Shown: positions 53,116 through 61,490 of the stretch, piece by piece | Layout of the letters: each line of letters begins with the position of its first letter | How positions within the stretch are numbered: the stretch's first letter is position 1 | From: an uncultured Nanoarchaeota archaeon | GTDB lineage: Archaea > Nanobdellota > Nanobdellia > Pacearchaeales > GW2011-AR1 | Assembly: GCA_963779925.1 (NCBI GenBank) | Contig: CAVZZS010000002.1 | Location: 540 to 64,539 of the forward strand | Direction of reading: 5' to 3' | Length of the DNA stretch: 64,000 nucleotides | Notes under the pieces: generated by a model | Told to the model about the DNA's origin: nothing | Database searches by the model: none | Seen by the model: only the letters and a program-made list of their open reading frames with translations | Translations under genes and position numbers: made by a program

Positions 53116-53197
53116 TGCCCAGTTCGCATAATGGTATTGCAGTGGATTGCTAATCCACGCCCTTCGGGGCTCGCAGGTTCGATTCCTGCACTGGGCG
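53116..53197 (+). tRNA. tRNA-Ser (anticodon GCT) with a long variable arm
   Basis: Acceptor GCCCAGT/ACTGGGC. Anticodon stem GTGGA/TCCAC with loop TTGCTAA. The variable arm is a hairpin with a TTCG loop. T arm GCAGG-TTCGATT-CCTGC. Discriminator G. Confidence 0.9.
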
Positions 53198-53218
53198 TAT
53201 TTCAAGATTTTTTTAGAA

Positions 53219-53809
53219 TTATTTCATAACTTCAAACCTATCCCTTCCGCCTTCTTTTGCCTTATACAAAGCCTTGTCTACTCTCTCTTTAAGATTCTTT
53301 CTTGGTTCTTTATCTTTATACTGAGAAATCCCGCCGCTTACATTTACATGATATTTTTTCAAAACAGAATCTGAGTGTATTGCCGCCTTAAGCCTTACTG
53401 CAAATTTTTTCGCCTTCTCTAAATTTGTTTCCGGCAGGAGTATGATAAACTCTTCCCCGCCAAAACGGCAGACAATATCGGACTTCCTAATCTGCTTTCT
53501 CATAACATCTGCAAGCCTTTTAAGAAGCTCATCCGCTTTCATATGCCCGAGCGTGTCATTTATCTGCTTGAAATGATCTATGTCTGTCATTATCATAGAA
53601 AGCTTTTGCTGCCCCCTTTTTGCTTTCTCCGCTTCCATTTCAAATACTGTTTCAAAGAATTTATTGTTATACAATCCAGTTTTTTCATCATGAATTGCTG
53701 CTTCATATAGCATAGAGACAGATTCATTCATAGAATCAAACAAGTCCTGAATCTTCTTCTTGAAACGCGGATCAAGCGCAGACAGCTTTTCCTCAATTTT
53801 TTTATCCAC
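53219..53809 (-). CDS. GGDEF-domain diguanylate cyclase (stand-alone, intact active site and I-site)
   Basis: DEKTGLYNNKFF...MIMTDIDHFKQINDTLGH..AD..L..........RKSDIVCRFGGEEFIILLPET...A..A..AK.EGRDRFE. GGEEF = nt 53447-53461. RKSD lies 5 residues upstream. Confidence 0.85.
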   Translation of the reverse strand: MDKKIEEKLSALDPRFKKKIQDLFDSMNESVSMLYEAAIHDEKTGLYNNKFFETVFEMEAEKAKRGQQKLSMIMTDIDHFKQINDTLGHMKADELLKRLADVMRKQIRKSDIVCRFGGEEFIILLPETNLEKAKKFAVRLKAAIHSDSVLKKYHVNVSGGISQYKDKEPRKNLKERVDKALYKAKEGGRDRFEVMK

Positions 53810-53830
53810 AAAGCATAATAGTCAAGATTA

Positions 53831-53838
53831 TATTTAAA
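53831..53838 (-). promoter_or_regulatory. TATA-like octamer 22-29 nt upstream of the GGDEF gene start (53809)
   Basis: tatttaaa on the plus strand (tttaaata on the minus strand) at the canonical spacing. Confidence 0.5.
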
Positions 53839-53839
53839 G

Positions 53840-54673
53840 CTATTTCTTTATCTCCCCAGTTTTCCGATATTGCAAATACCATCGGTCCAAAATTTCCAGA
53901 ATCCTTTCCCGTTCTTCAGCGCTTCCAAGCCCTTTCCAATCAAGAAGCGCAAAATCAATTTCTTCTTCTGTCTTCTGGATTGCCTCTTTTATCATTTCTT
54001 CTGTAAGGGGCAAAACATACTTCGGAATAACATGGGATATCGCAACATTTGAATTTTCCTGGATTTTATTAAAAGACGGGCAATAATGCGGCCCGCCAAT
54101 CGCTATAGCGACTTCATTGTAAGGATTTTCATGATACTCTTTTATCGCTTCTGAAATTGTTTTTGCAATAACAAAACCCGCACGCCGGTCATTCCATTCC
54201 GTGTCAGTCGAGCCAATCTCAATGAAAAGGCATGGCTTGTCAATCAATGGGCCATGATGGGTCGCTTCCATGGTTATTGCATAATCTTTTTCCAGATGAT
54301 ACTGTTCAACATTTGCCTTCAATTTTTCAAAAATCTGCTTCTGGAAAAGTGCTGAGGATCTGCAAATCTTTCCATCTTCGCCTCCAAAATCAGCCTTTCT
54401 CCAATTTCCGGGAGCATGAACAGAAAGAGTCTTTTCCTTTTTCTCTGAAGTATGCTTGGAAGCAAAAATTATGAAATCATACTTGTTTATCTTTTCCGGA
54501 TTCAAATTATTGGTATAAATTATTTCTTCATCAACAAGATAAAAATCATATCCGGCTTCCTGCTTCATTGAGGAAAGCATAGGATTTTCCCGGAACTGGG
54601 ACAATCTTGTTGTGATATTTATCCCGGCCTTGTCTTTTTTGCTTGCAACTACAAGAAATTTCTGATATTTCAT
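53840..54673 (-). CDS. dtdA: Archaeal D-aminoacyl-tRNA deacylase (DtdA/DTD2 family)
   Basis: VVASKKDKAGINI...SKHTS......LSVHAPGN....FGG......MEATHHGP....P.LFIEIGST..EW........IGGPHYCP.F.....N.AISHVIPKY. Confidence 0.8.
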   Translation of the reverse strand: MKYQKFLVVASKKDKAGINITTRLSQFRENPMLSSMKQEAGYDFYLVDEEIIYTNNLNPEKINKYDFIIFASKHTSEKKEKTLSVHAPGNWRKADFGGEDGKICRSSALFQKQIFEKLKANVEQYHLEKDYAITMEATHHGPLIDKPCLFIEIGSTDTEWNDRRAGFVIAKTISEAIKEYHENPYNEVAIAIGGPHYCPSFNKIQENSNVAISHVIPKYVLPLTEEMIKEAIQKTEEEIDFALLDWKGLGSAEERERILEILDRWYLQYRKTGEIKK

Positions 54674-54741
54674 TGCTAAATTAGGCTGTTTTACTTTTAA
54701 AATTTAGTGATATTTAAATAGGATATATCGTTTTATTCAGA

Positions 54742-57267
54742 ATGCAAGAGGTGAAGAATCTCCAGTATTATTCTTCAGGAGAAATAAGCTCCATATTAAA
54801 TGGTTTATCCACAAAACAGACCGGGCTTTCATCAGAAGAAGCCGAAAGAAGGATTAGGGAGCAGGGCCATAATATTCTAATTGAGAAAAAGCAGAACGTC
54901 TTTATTGAATTTCTTTCGCACTTCAAAAGCCCATTGATACTGCTTCTGCTTGTCGCGGCAATAATCTCCTTTTTCATACAGGAAGTTACTGAAGGAATCA
55001 TTATTTTGTCTATATTATTCCTGGGCACAACACTGGATTTCTTTCAGGAATATTCTGCAAATAAAGCCTTAGTAAAGCTCATTGAATCTGTTGAAGTAAC
55101 AGCTACAGTCATAAGAGACGGAAAGAAAAAAGAGATTTCAATAAAAAATCTGGCTGTAGGAGATATAATTTTTTTAAGCGTGGGCGATATAATTCCCGCG
55201 GATGTCAGAATAATCAGTTCAGAAAATTTTTTTATAAATCAGGCTTCAATAACAGGCGAATCTTTCCCCGTAGAAAAAAATTCTGAAGAAACAACTTCTC
55301 CGAAATCAATCCTTGACTTGAACAATATTCTATTCAGCGGGACAAATGTTGTCGGGGGAAGTGCCACGGCAGTAGTAGTAAAAACAGGAAATGCGACCGA
55401 ATTCGGCAAGATTGCAGAAAAGATTGCAAAGGCATCTGTCAAAAGCGATTTTGAAAAAGGCGTTGGAAAATTTGGCTTCTTGCTGATGAAGATCGCTTTA
55501 GCCTTGGTTGCGGTCATATTTTTGGTAAATTCCCTCCTGAAGCATGATATTTTCCAGTCCCTCATATTCGCATTGGCGATTGCAGTGGGGATTACGCCGG
55601 ACTTACTGCCCGCCATAATGGCTGTAACAATGTCCGCAGGCTCAAAGAAAATGTCAAAGAAGGGCATTATTGTAAAGAAATTGTCATCAATCCCAAATCT
55701 TGGCGGCATGAATATCCTTTGCACAGACAAAACAGGCACTCTAACAGAAAATAAAATTGTCCTAACCGATTATATAAACTTCTCAGGAAAAAAGGATGAA
55801 GGCCTTCTCAATTTGGTCTACCTTAACAGCGCTCTCCAGACCGGGATCAGGAATCCGCTGGATGATGCGGTGATAAAATATAAAAAAATCAACATAAAGG
55901 GATTCAAAAAAGTCGGGGAGATTCCATATGATTTCTTCAGGAAAAGAATGAGCGTGATTGTGAAAAAGAACAAAGAAACCACGATAATAACAAAAGGGGC
56001 TCCGGAAGAAATGCTGGATCATTGCAGCCACTATAGGCATTCGAATAAAATCTTGTCTCTGGATAAAAAAGCCAAATTAGAAGCAATGAAAAAATATAAT
56101 GAGCTGAGCAACCAAGGGCGAAGAGTATTGGCCGTTGCTACAAAAAAAATAGAGGAAAAGAAAACTTATACTATAAAGGATGAAGATGGCCTTGTTTTTG
56201 AAGGATTTGCCTCTTTTTATGATCCCCCAAAAAAAGGCGTTGGAGAAACGATAAAAGAGATGAAAGAATTGGGCATAGAAATCAAGATAATTACGGGAGA
56301 TAATGAGCTGGTTACAGAGAGAATAGCAAAAGAAGTCGGATTGAATGTTAAAGGCTTAATGCTTGGAAGTGACATAGACAAATTGTCAGATGATAATTTG
56401 AAAGACAAAGTTCAGAGCATAACTATTTTTGCAAGATGCAGCCCCGATGAAAAATCCAGGATAATAAGTGCGCTGCGCTCTGCCAACAATGTTGTCGGAT
56501 ATTTGGGAGACGGCATCAATGATGCGCCCGCCATCAGGAATTCAGATGTTGGAATCTCCGTAAATAATGCTGTGGATATTGCAAAAGAATCTGCAAGCAT
56601 AATACTTACAAGAAAGAGCCTTAGCGATCTTAAAGAAGGGATAATAGACGGAAGAAAAATCTTTGGGAATACAATGAAGTATATGATGATGGCTACCAGC
56701 TCTAATTTTGGTAATATATTTACGGTTTCAATAACTTCATTGTTCCTGCCATTCCTGCCTATACTTCCGGCGGAAATCCTATTCAGCAATTTGATTTATG
56801 ATGCATCGCAAGTCACGATTCCTTCAGACAAAGTTGACAAAGATTGGATAAACCGCCCAAAAAAATGGGATATAGCTTTTCTAAAAAAATTCATGTATAT
56901 TTTCGGCTCATTAAGCTCTGTGTTTGATTTCATTACATTCGGCATTTTATTGCTTGTAGTAAAAGTATCTGTTCCAGTATTCCAGACGACATGGTTCCTG
57001 GAATCTTTTGCTACGCAGATTCTAGTCTTTCATTTCATAAGAACAAAGGGTTCTGTATTCAAAAGCAGAGCAAGCCTACCCCTGATCATTACAACACTTG
57101 CGGGCGTCATAATCTGCTGGATAACCCCATTTACTTATTTGGGAACGCTGCTTGGGCTTGTTCCAATTCCATTATATCTTTTCCCAATAATTATATCAAT
57201 CAATGTGGTTTACTTTGCATCTGTAGAGATTGTAAAAGGGCAGTTTTACAAGAGGAATAAGTTCTGA
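54742..57267 (+). CDS. mgtA: P-type ATPase, MgtA-like (Mg2+-importing type)
   Basis: CTDKTGTLTENKIVL (phosphorylation site), LNSALQTGIRNPLDDAV (MgtA-like), TGDN, GDGINDAPA. About ten TM helices. Confidence 0.88.
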   Translation: MQEVKNLQYYSSGEISSILNGLSTKQTGLSSEEAERRIREQGHNILIEKKQNVFIEFLSHFKSPLILLLLVAAIISFFIQEVTEGIIILSILFLGTTLDFFQEYSANKALVKLIESVEVTATVIRDGKKKEISIKNLAVGDIIFLSVGDIIPADVRIISSENFFINQASITGESFPVEKNSEETTSPKSILDLNNILFSGTNVVGGSATAVVVKTGNATEFGKIAEKIAKASVKSDFEKGVGKFGFLLMKIALALVAVIFLVNSLLKHDIFQSLIFALAIAVGITPDLLPAIMAVTMSAGSKKMSKKGIIVKKLSSIPNLGGMNILCTDKTGTLTENKIVLTDYINFSGKKDEGLLNLVYLNSALQTGIRNPLDDAVIKYKKINIKGFKKVGEIPYDFFRKRMSVIVKKNKETTIITKGAPEEMLDHCSHYRHSNKILSLDKKAKLEAMKKYNELSNQGRRVLAVATKKIEEKKTYTIKDEDGLVFEGFASFYDPPKKGVGETIKEMKELGIEIKIITGDNELVTERIAKEVGLNVKGLMLGSDIDKLSDDNLKDKVQSITIFARCSPDEKSRIISALRSANNVVGYLGDGINDAPAIRNSDVGISVNNAVDIAKESASIILTRKSLSDLKEGIIDGRKIFGNTMKYMMMATSSNFGNIFTVSITSLFLPFLPILPAEILFSNLIYDASQVTIPSDKVDKDWINRPKKWDIAFLKKFMYIFGSLSSVFDFITFGILLLVVKVSVPVFQTTWFLESFATQILVFHFIRTKGSVFKSRASLPLIITTLAGVIICWITPFTYLGTLLGLVPIPLYLFPIIISINVVYFASVEIVKGQFYKRNKF

Positions 57268-57272
57268 GAGTT

Positions 57273-57545
57273 TTATTTTTCTTTATCAAATATTTTCTTT
57301 AGCTCCTCTTTTGCCAGCTCAAGAATTTTCTTCTGCGAAGCGGGGAGATTCTTTCCTGCACGGTTAATATAAAAATTCAGCATAGACATAGCCGACTGAT
57401 ATGATGATGACTTTTTTCTCCTGCTCCTTTCAGCAGAATTCTTAAGCGAAAGGGCTATTTTCCTTGGATCTTTCCATGTGAATACTCCCGATTCGAGATC
57501 AAGCGCATCGCTCTCTTCTGTAACTTCTGAAGACCACTTTTTCAT
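57273..57545 (-). CDS. DUF3175-like small protein
   Basis: ...DALDLE.GVFTW.DPRKIA.SLK.SAE.S.RRK...YQSAMSMLNFYINRAGKNL is my recollection of the DUF3175 pattern. Confidence 0.55.
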   Translation of the reverse strand: MKKWSSEVTEESDALDLESGVFTWKDPRKIALSLKNSAERSRRKKSSSYQSAMSMLNFYINRAGKNLPASQKKILELAKEELKKIFDKEK

Positions 57546-57578
57546 TAAGTATAAAAGATGGCTTTTCTTAAATAATTT

Positions 57579-57815
57579 ATGCAGGAAATCTATAAGATTT
57601 TAATCGGAATTGCCGTTTTATTTCTGGGTTTTTTTATTGGAAATCTTCTGGCAAAGGTCACCAAAGATGAATCCAAGCAAGGGCAGAAATGGTTCAAACT
57701 GATAATCCTTCTCTGCTCAATCGGGGCAGTGATTACGTTGATTATCGGGAATGATGCCTTCTTTTTCAGCTTCTCATTTTTTATGATAGTCGCAAGCAGA
57801 AGCCTGAAGAGATAA
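57579..57815 (+). CDS. Small membrane protein (78 aa, two or three TM helices)
   Basis: Hydrophobic ORF with a tataaaag octamer at 57550-57557. Confidence 0.4.
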   Translation: MQEIYKILIGIAVLFLGFFIGNLLAKVTKDESKQGQKWFKLIILLCSIGAVITLIIGNDAFFFSFSFFMIVASRSLKR

Positions 57816-57844
57816 TCTTTAAAACCACTTTTCTTTCTAATTTT

Positions 57845-58543
57845 ATGCTATACATAATCGGCCTAGGATTGGATGAAGAAAGCATTTCGCAAAAAGGATT
57901 AAAGTCAATAAAGGAATGCAAAGAAATTTATTTAGAGAACTATACCGTAGAATTTCCTTATAGTGTTGAAAAATTAGAGAAAGCAATCAAAAAAAAGGTT
58001 CTGCCTGCAAATCGCGATTTTGTTGAAAATTTCAGAATTATAGAACCCGCTAAGAAAGAGAATGTTGCTCTTTTAGTTTATGGAAATCCTTTGACTGCAA
58101 CAACCCATATTTCTCTTATTCAAGAAGCTAAAAAGCGGGGAATAAAATATCAAATCATTCAGAATGCTTCAATTTTCGATGCAATTGCTGAAACAGGACT
58201 GCAGCTGTATAAATTCGGGAAAACCACGAGCTTGCCTAATTTTGAAGCAGATAGCTTTATTGATATGGTAAAAGACAACCAGAAGATAAATGCCCATTCT
58301 CTTATACTGATCGACATTGGAATGAAGTTCAAAGATGCCTTAAGTAGGCTAGAAAAAGCAAGCAGAAATAAAATAAAAATAGATAAGATTGTTGTTTGCT
58401 CCAGGCTTGGAACAGATGATTCTAAGATTTTATATGGTGAAATAAGCAATCTTCTTAATAAAGAAGTAAACGCGCCTTTTTGCTTCATAATTCCAGGAAA
58501 ATTGCACTTTATGGAAGAAGAAGTTTTGAAGAATTTTGATTGA
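57845..58543 (+). CDS. dph5: Diphthine synthase
   Basis: MLYIIGLGLDEESISQKGLKSIKECKEIYLENYT... is the typical Dph5 (tetrapyrrole-methylase fold) N-terminus. Confidence 0.88.
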   Translation: MLYIIGLGLDEESISQKGLKSIKECKEIYLENYTVEFPYSVEKLEKAIKKKVLPANRDFVENFRIIEPAKKENVALLVYGNPLTATTHISLIQEAKKRGIKYQIIQNASIFDAIAETGLQLYKFGKTTSLPNFEADSFIDMVKDNQKINAHSLILIDIGMKFKDALSRLEKASRNKIKIDKIVVCSRLGTDDSKILYGEISNLLNKEVNAPFCFIIPGKLHFMEEEVLKNFD

Positions 58544-58593
58544 TTTTAAGCATAAGAATTATTTAAAAATGTCAGATACAGTATACAATTAAG

Positions 58594-61413
58594 ATGTATG
58601 ACTTCAAAAAGATTGAAGAAGAAGTTTTGAAATTCTGGAAAGAAAAAAAGATATTTAACAAACTTGTAGAAAAGAACAAAGGTGGAAAGACTTTTAGTTT
58701 TATTGACGGACCTATAACTGCGAATAATCCTATGGGGGTACATCATGCATGGGGAAGAACCTACAAGGATTTATTTCAAAGATTCAAGGCTATGCAAGGA
58801 TTTGAACAAAGATATCAAAATGGTTTTGATTGTCAGGGGCTTTGGATCGAAAGGGAAGAAGAAAAAGATCTGGGCTTAAAAAATAAAGCGGACATTGAAA
58901 AATTAGGAATATTAAATTTCGTCAATTCGTGCAAGAAGCGGGTTGAGAAATTTTCAAAAATACAAAGAGATCAGTCTATTCGATTAGGACAATGGATGTA
59001 TTGGGATAATTCTTATTACACTATGACTGATAATAACAATCTCCATAATTGGTTCTTGATAAAAACTTATTATGATAAAGGCTGGCTCTATAAAGGAAAA
59101 GATGCCGTGCCTTGGTGCTGGCGATGCGGAACTGCAAGCTCAAAGCATGATATTGTTACAGAGGGGTACAAAGAAGTAACTCATTCAGCATTGTTTATGA
59201 AATTTCCAGTTAAAGGAAAAAATAAAGAATATTTTCTAATTTTCACAACTACTCCTTGGACCGTCCCCGCAAATGTTGCAATAGCCGTAAACAAAGATAT
59301 TGATTATGTGAAAGTTCAGGAGGGGAATGAATTTTACTGGATTGCTGAAAAAAGATTGAATGAAATAGAGAATAATTATAAAATCATCGAAAGGAAAAAA
59401 GGAAGAGAACTGGAAGGAATGGGTTACGAAATGCCCTACAAAGATTTTCCAGAACAGAAAAAATCGCTTCATCAAGTTGTTTTGTGGGAATTGGCTTCTG
59501 AAGAAGAAGGAACAGGAATTGTTCATATCGCTCCAGGATGCGGAACAGAAGATTATGAACTGGGAAAAAAACTGCATCTTAATGCAATTTCGCCATTGGA
59601 TGAAGCTGGAATTTATTCAAAAGGATTTGGAGATTTCAGCAAGAAAAAATATTCAGAAGTCACAAAAGAAGTCTTAGATGATCTGGAAAAGAGAGGTTTT
59701 GTATACAAGATTGTCCCTTACAAGCATAGATATCCTCATTGCTGGAGATGCGGAGAAGAATTAGTTTTCAGGCTTGTAAGTGAATGGTATATAAGATGCG
59801 AGGAAATAAGAGAAAAGCTTATAGAAGAAAATAGGAAAGTAAGATGGTATCCCGAATATGGAAAGGTTAGGCAAGAAGAATGGTTCAAGAATATGGGTGA
59901 CTGGCTTATATCCAGAGAAAGGTATTGGGGATTGCCTTTGCCTATATGGGAATGCAAATGCGGAGAATTATTTGTTGCGGGAAGTTTAAAAGAATTAAGA
60001 GAAAGAGCGATAAATAAAATCAAAGTTGATAATCTCAAAGAGATACACCGACCTTGGATAGATGAAATAAAGATTAAATGCCTAAAATGCGGAGAGGAAG
60101 TCGAAAGAATTAAAGATGTCGGAGATGCCTGGCTTGATGCGGGAATTGTCCCTTTCTCGACGCTAAATTATCTGAATAATCGAAAATATTGGGAAAAATG
60201 GTTCCCTGCGGATTTGGTTTCAGAAAGCATGCCGGGACAATCCCGTGGCTGGTTCAATGCCTTAATGTGGGCGAGCGTTGCAATAACTGGACAAGCCCCC
60301 TATAAATCTTTATTTGGATATGAAACTCTGAAAGATGAAAAAGGCGAGGAAATGCACAAAAGCAAAGGCAATGCAATTTGGTTTGATGATGCTGTAGAAA
60401 AAATGGGGGCAGATACAATAAGATTATTATACTGCTTACAAGACCCCGGCCAAGAATTAAGGTTTGGTTTTAATACCGTCAAAGAACCAACGAATAATAT
60501 CAACATATTTTATAATTTAAGCAATCTCGTCGAGAATTCTAAAGAAATACCAATAAAGAAGGTAGAAGATAAATGGATTATCTCGAAACTTAATTCATTA
60601 GTCAAGAAGTTTACAGATGATTTAGAAAATTTGCACCCTCATTCTGCTACAAGGTCATTACAGGATTTCTGGGTGAATGATTTTAGCAGAAAATATATCC
60701 AGTTTACAAGAGACAGATTATCTTCAAATGACAAAGAAGTACAATTTGTTATAAAAGAAGTTTATTTGACTATCATGAAATTGCTGGCCCCGATTAATCC
60801 ATTCATAACAGAATATATCTGGCAGAATTTCAAGAAAAAGAAAATTGTAAAAGAAGAGTCCGTTCATTTATCATCATGGCCAAAATATGATGACAAGAAA
60901 ATTGATTTGAAATTAGAAGAAAACTTCACAAAAATATTTTCAATAATCGAAAAAGGTCTGGCAGAAAGGGATAAGATTCAAGTTGGCCTTAAATGGCCTC
61001 TTGCAAAAGTCACAGTTCATTCTCCTGAAAAATTGAGCAAGGATTTTGAGAAAATAATATTAAATCAATTGAATATTAAAAAGATTGAATGGAAAAAAGG
61101 AAAAGAGATTTCTACTAAACTAGACAATAAGATGACGCCTGAACTTGAAGCAGAAGGATATGCAAGAGAAATGTCAAGGCAAATCCAGGCATTCAGAAAG
61201 AAATTGGGGTTAAATAAGGACAATATGGTGATTACTTCCATAATTACTGATGAAAGCTTCAAAAAAGTGCTGGATTCACAAAAAAAGTTCATCAAAGACA
61301 GGACAAATTCCAAAGAATTGAACATAATCACGACTGACAAAGAAAAGTTTAAAAATAAAATCAGTTTTGAAATAAAGGATAAGAGGGGAGATATCGCTAT
61401 AGTCCAAAAATAA
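58594..61413 (+). CDS. ileS: Isoleucyl-tRNA synthetase (compact, divergent HIGH region)
   Basis: FIDGPITANNPMGVHHAWGR (HIGH-equivalent), FTTTPWTVPANVAIAVN (CP1 editing), YPHCWRCGEELVFRLVSEWY, DWLISRERYWGLPLPIW, EEMHKSKGNAI (KMSKS-equivalent). Confidence 0.82.
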   Translation: MYDFKKIEEEVLKFWKEKKIFNKLVEKNKGGKTFSFIDGPITANNPMGVHHAWGRTYKDLFQRFKAMQGFEQRYQNGFDCQGLWIEREEEKDLGLKNKADIEKLGILNFVNSCKKRVEKFSKIQRDQSIRLGQWMYWDNSYYTMTDNNNLHNWFLIKTYYDKGWLYKGKDAVPWCWRCGTASSKHDIVTEGYKEVTHSALFMKFPVKGKNKEYFLIFTTTPWTVPANVAIAVNKDIDYVKVQEGNEFYWIAEKRLNEIENNYKIIERKKGRELEGMGYEMPYKDFPEQKKSLHQVVLWELASEEEGTGIVHIAPGCGTEDYELGKKLHLNAISPLDEAGIYSKGFGDFSKKKYSEVTKEVLDDLEKRGFVYKIVPYKHRYPHCWRCGEELVFRLVSEWYIRCEEIREKLIEENRKVRWYPEYGKVRQEEWFKNMGDWLISRERYWGLPLPIWECKCGELFVAGSLKELRERAINKIKVDNLKEIHRPWIDEIKIKCLKCGEEVERIKDVGDAWLDAGIVPFSTLNYLNNRKYWEKWFPADLVSESMPGQSRGWFNALMWASVAITGQAPYKSLFGYETLKDEKGEEMHKSKGNAIWFDDAVEKMGADTIRLLYCLQDPGQELRFGFNTVKEPTNNINIFYNLSNLVENSKEIPIKKVEDKWIISKLNSLVKKFTDDLENLHPHSATRSLQDFWVNDFSRKYIQFTRDRLSSNDKEVQFVIKEVYLTIMKLLAPINPFITEYIWQNFKKKKIVKEESVHLSSWPKYDDKKIDLKLEENFTKIFSIIEKGLAERDKIQVGLKWPLAKVTVHSPEKLSKDFEKIILNQLNIKKIEWKKGKEISTKLDNKMTPELEAEGYAREMSRQIQAFRKKLGLNKDNMVITSIITDESFKKVLDSQKKFIKDRTNSKELNIITTDKEKFKNKISFEIKDKRGDIAIVQK

Positions 61414-61490
61414 CTACTGCTCGGTAATTCAATTATTTCACCCCTGGATTATAACAATATTTAAAAATAAAACCCGCTATCTAAAAAACA

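Noticed and set aside
53147-53374. 75-aa plus-strand ORF.
   Set aside because: It starts inside tRNA-Ser and runs antisense into the 3' end of the GGDEF gene, so it is spurious.
55239-56789. Several minus-strand ORFs of 63-166 aa.
   Set aside because: They are antisense to the mgtA-like P-type ATPase and have no supporting signals. The same reasoning applies to the antisense ORFs inside iscS, nrdJ, rpoB, rpoA, fusA, tuf, smc and ileS.
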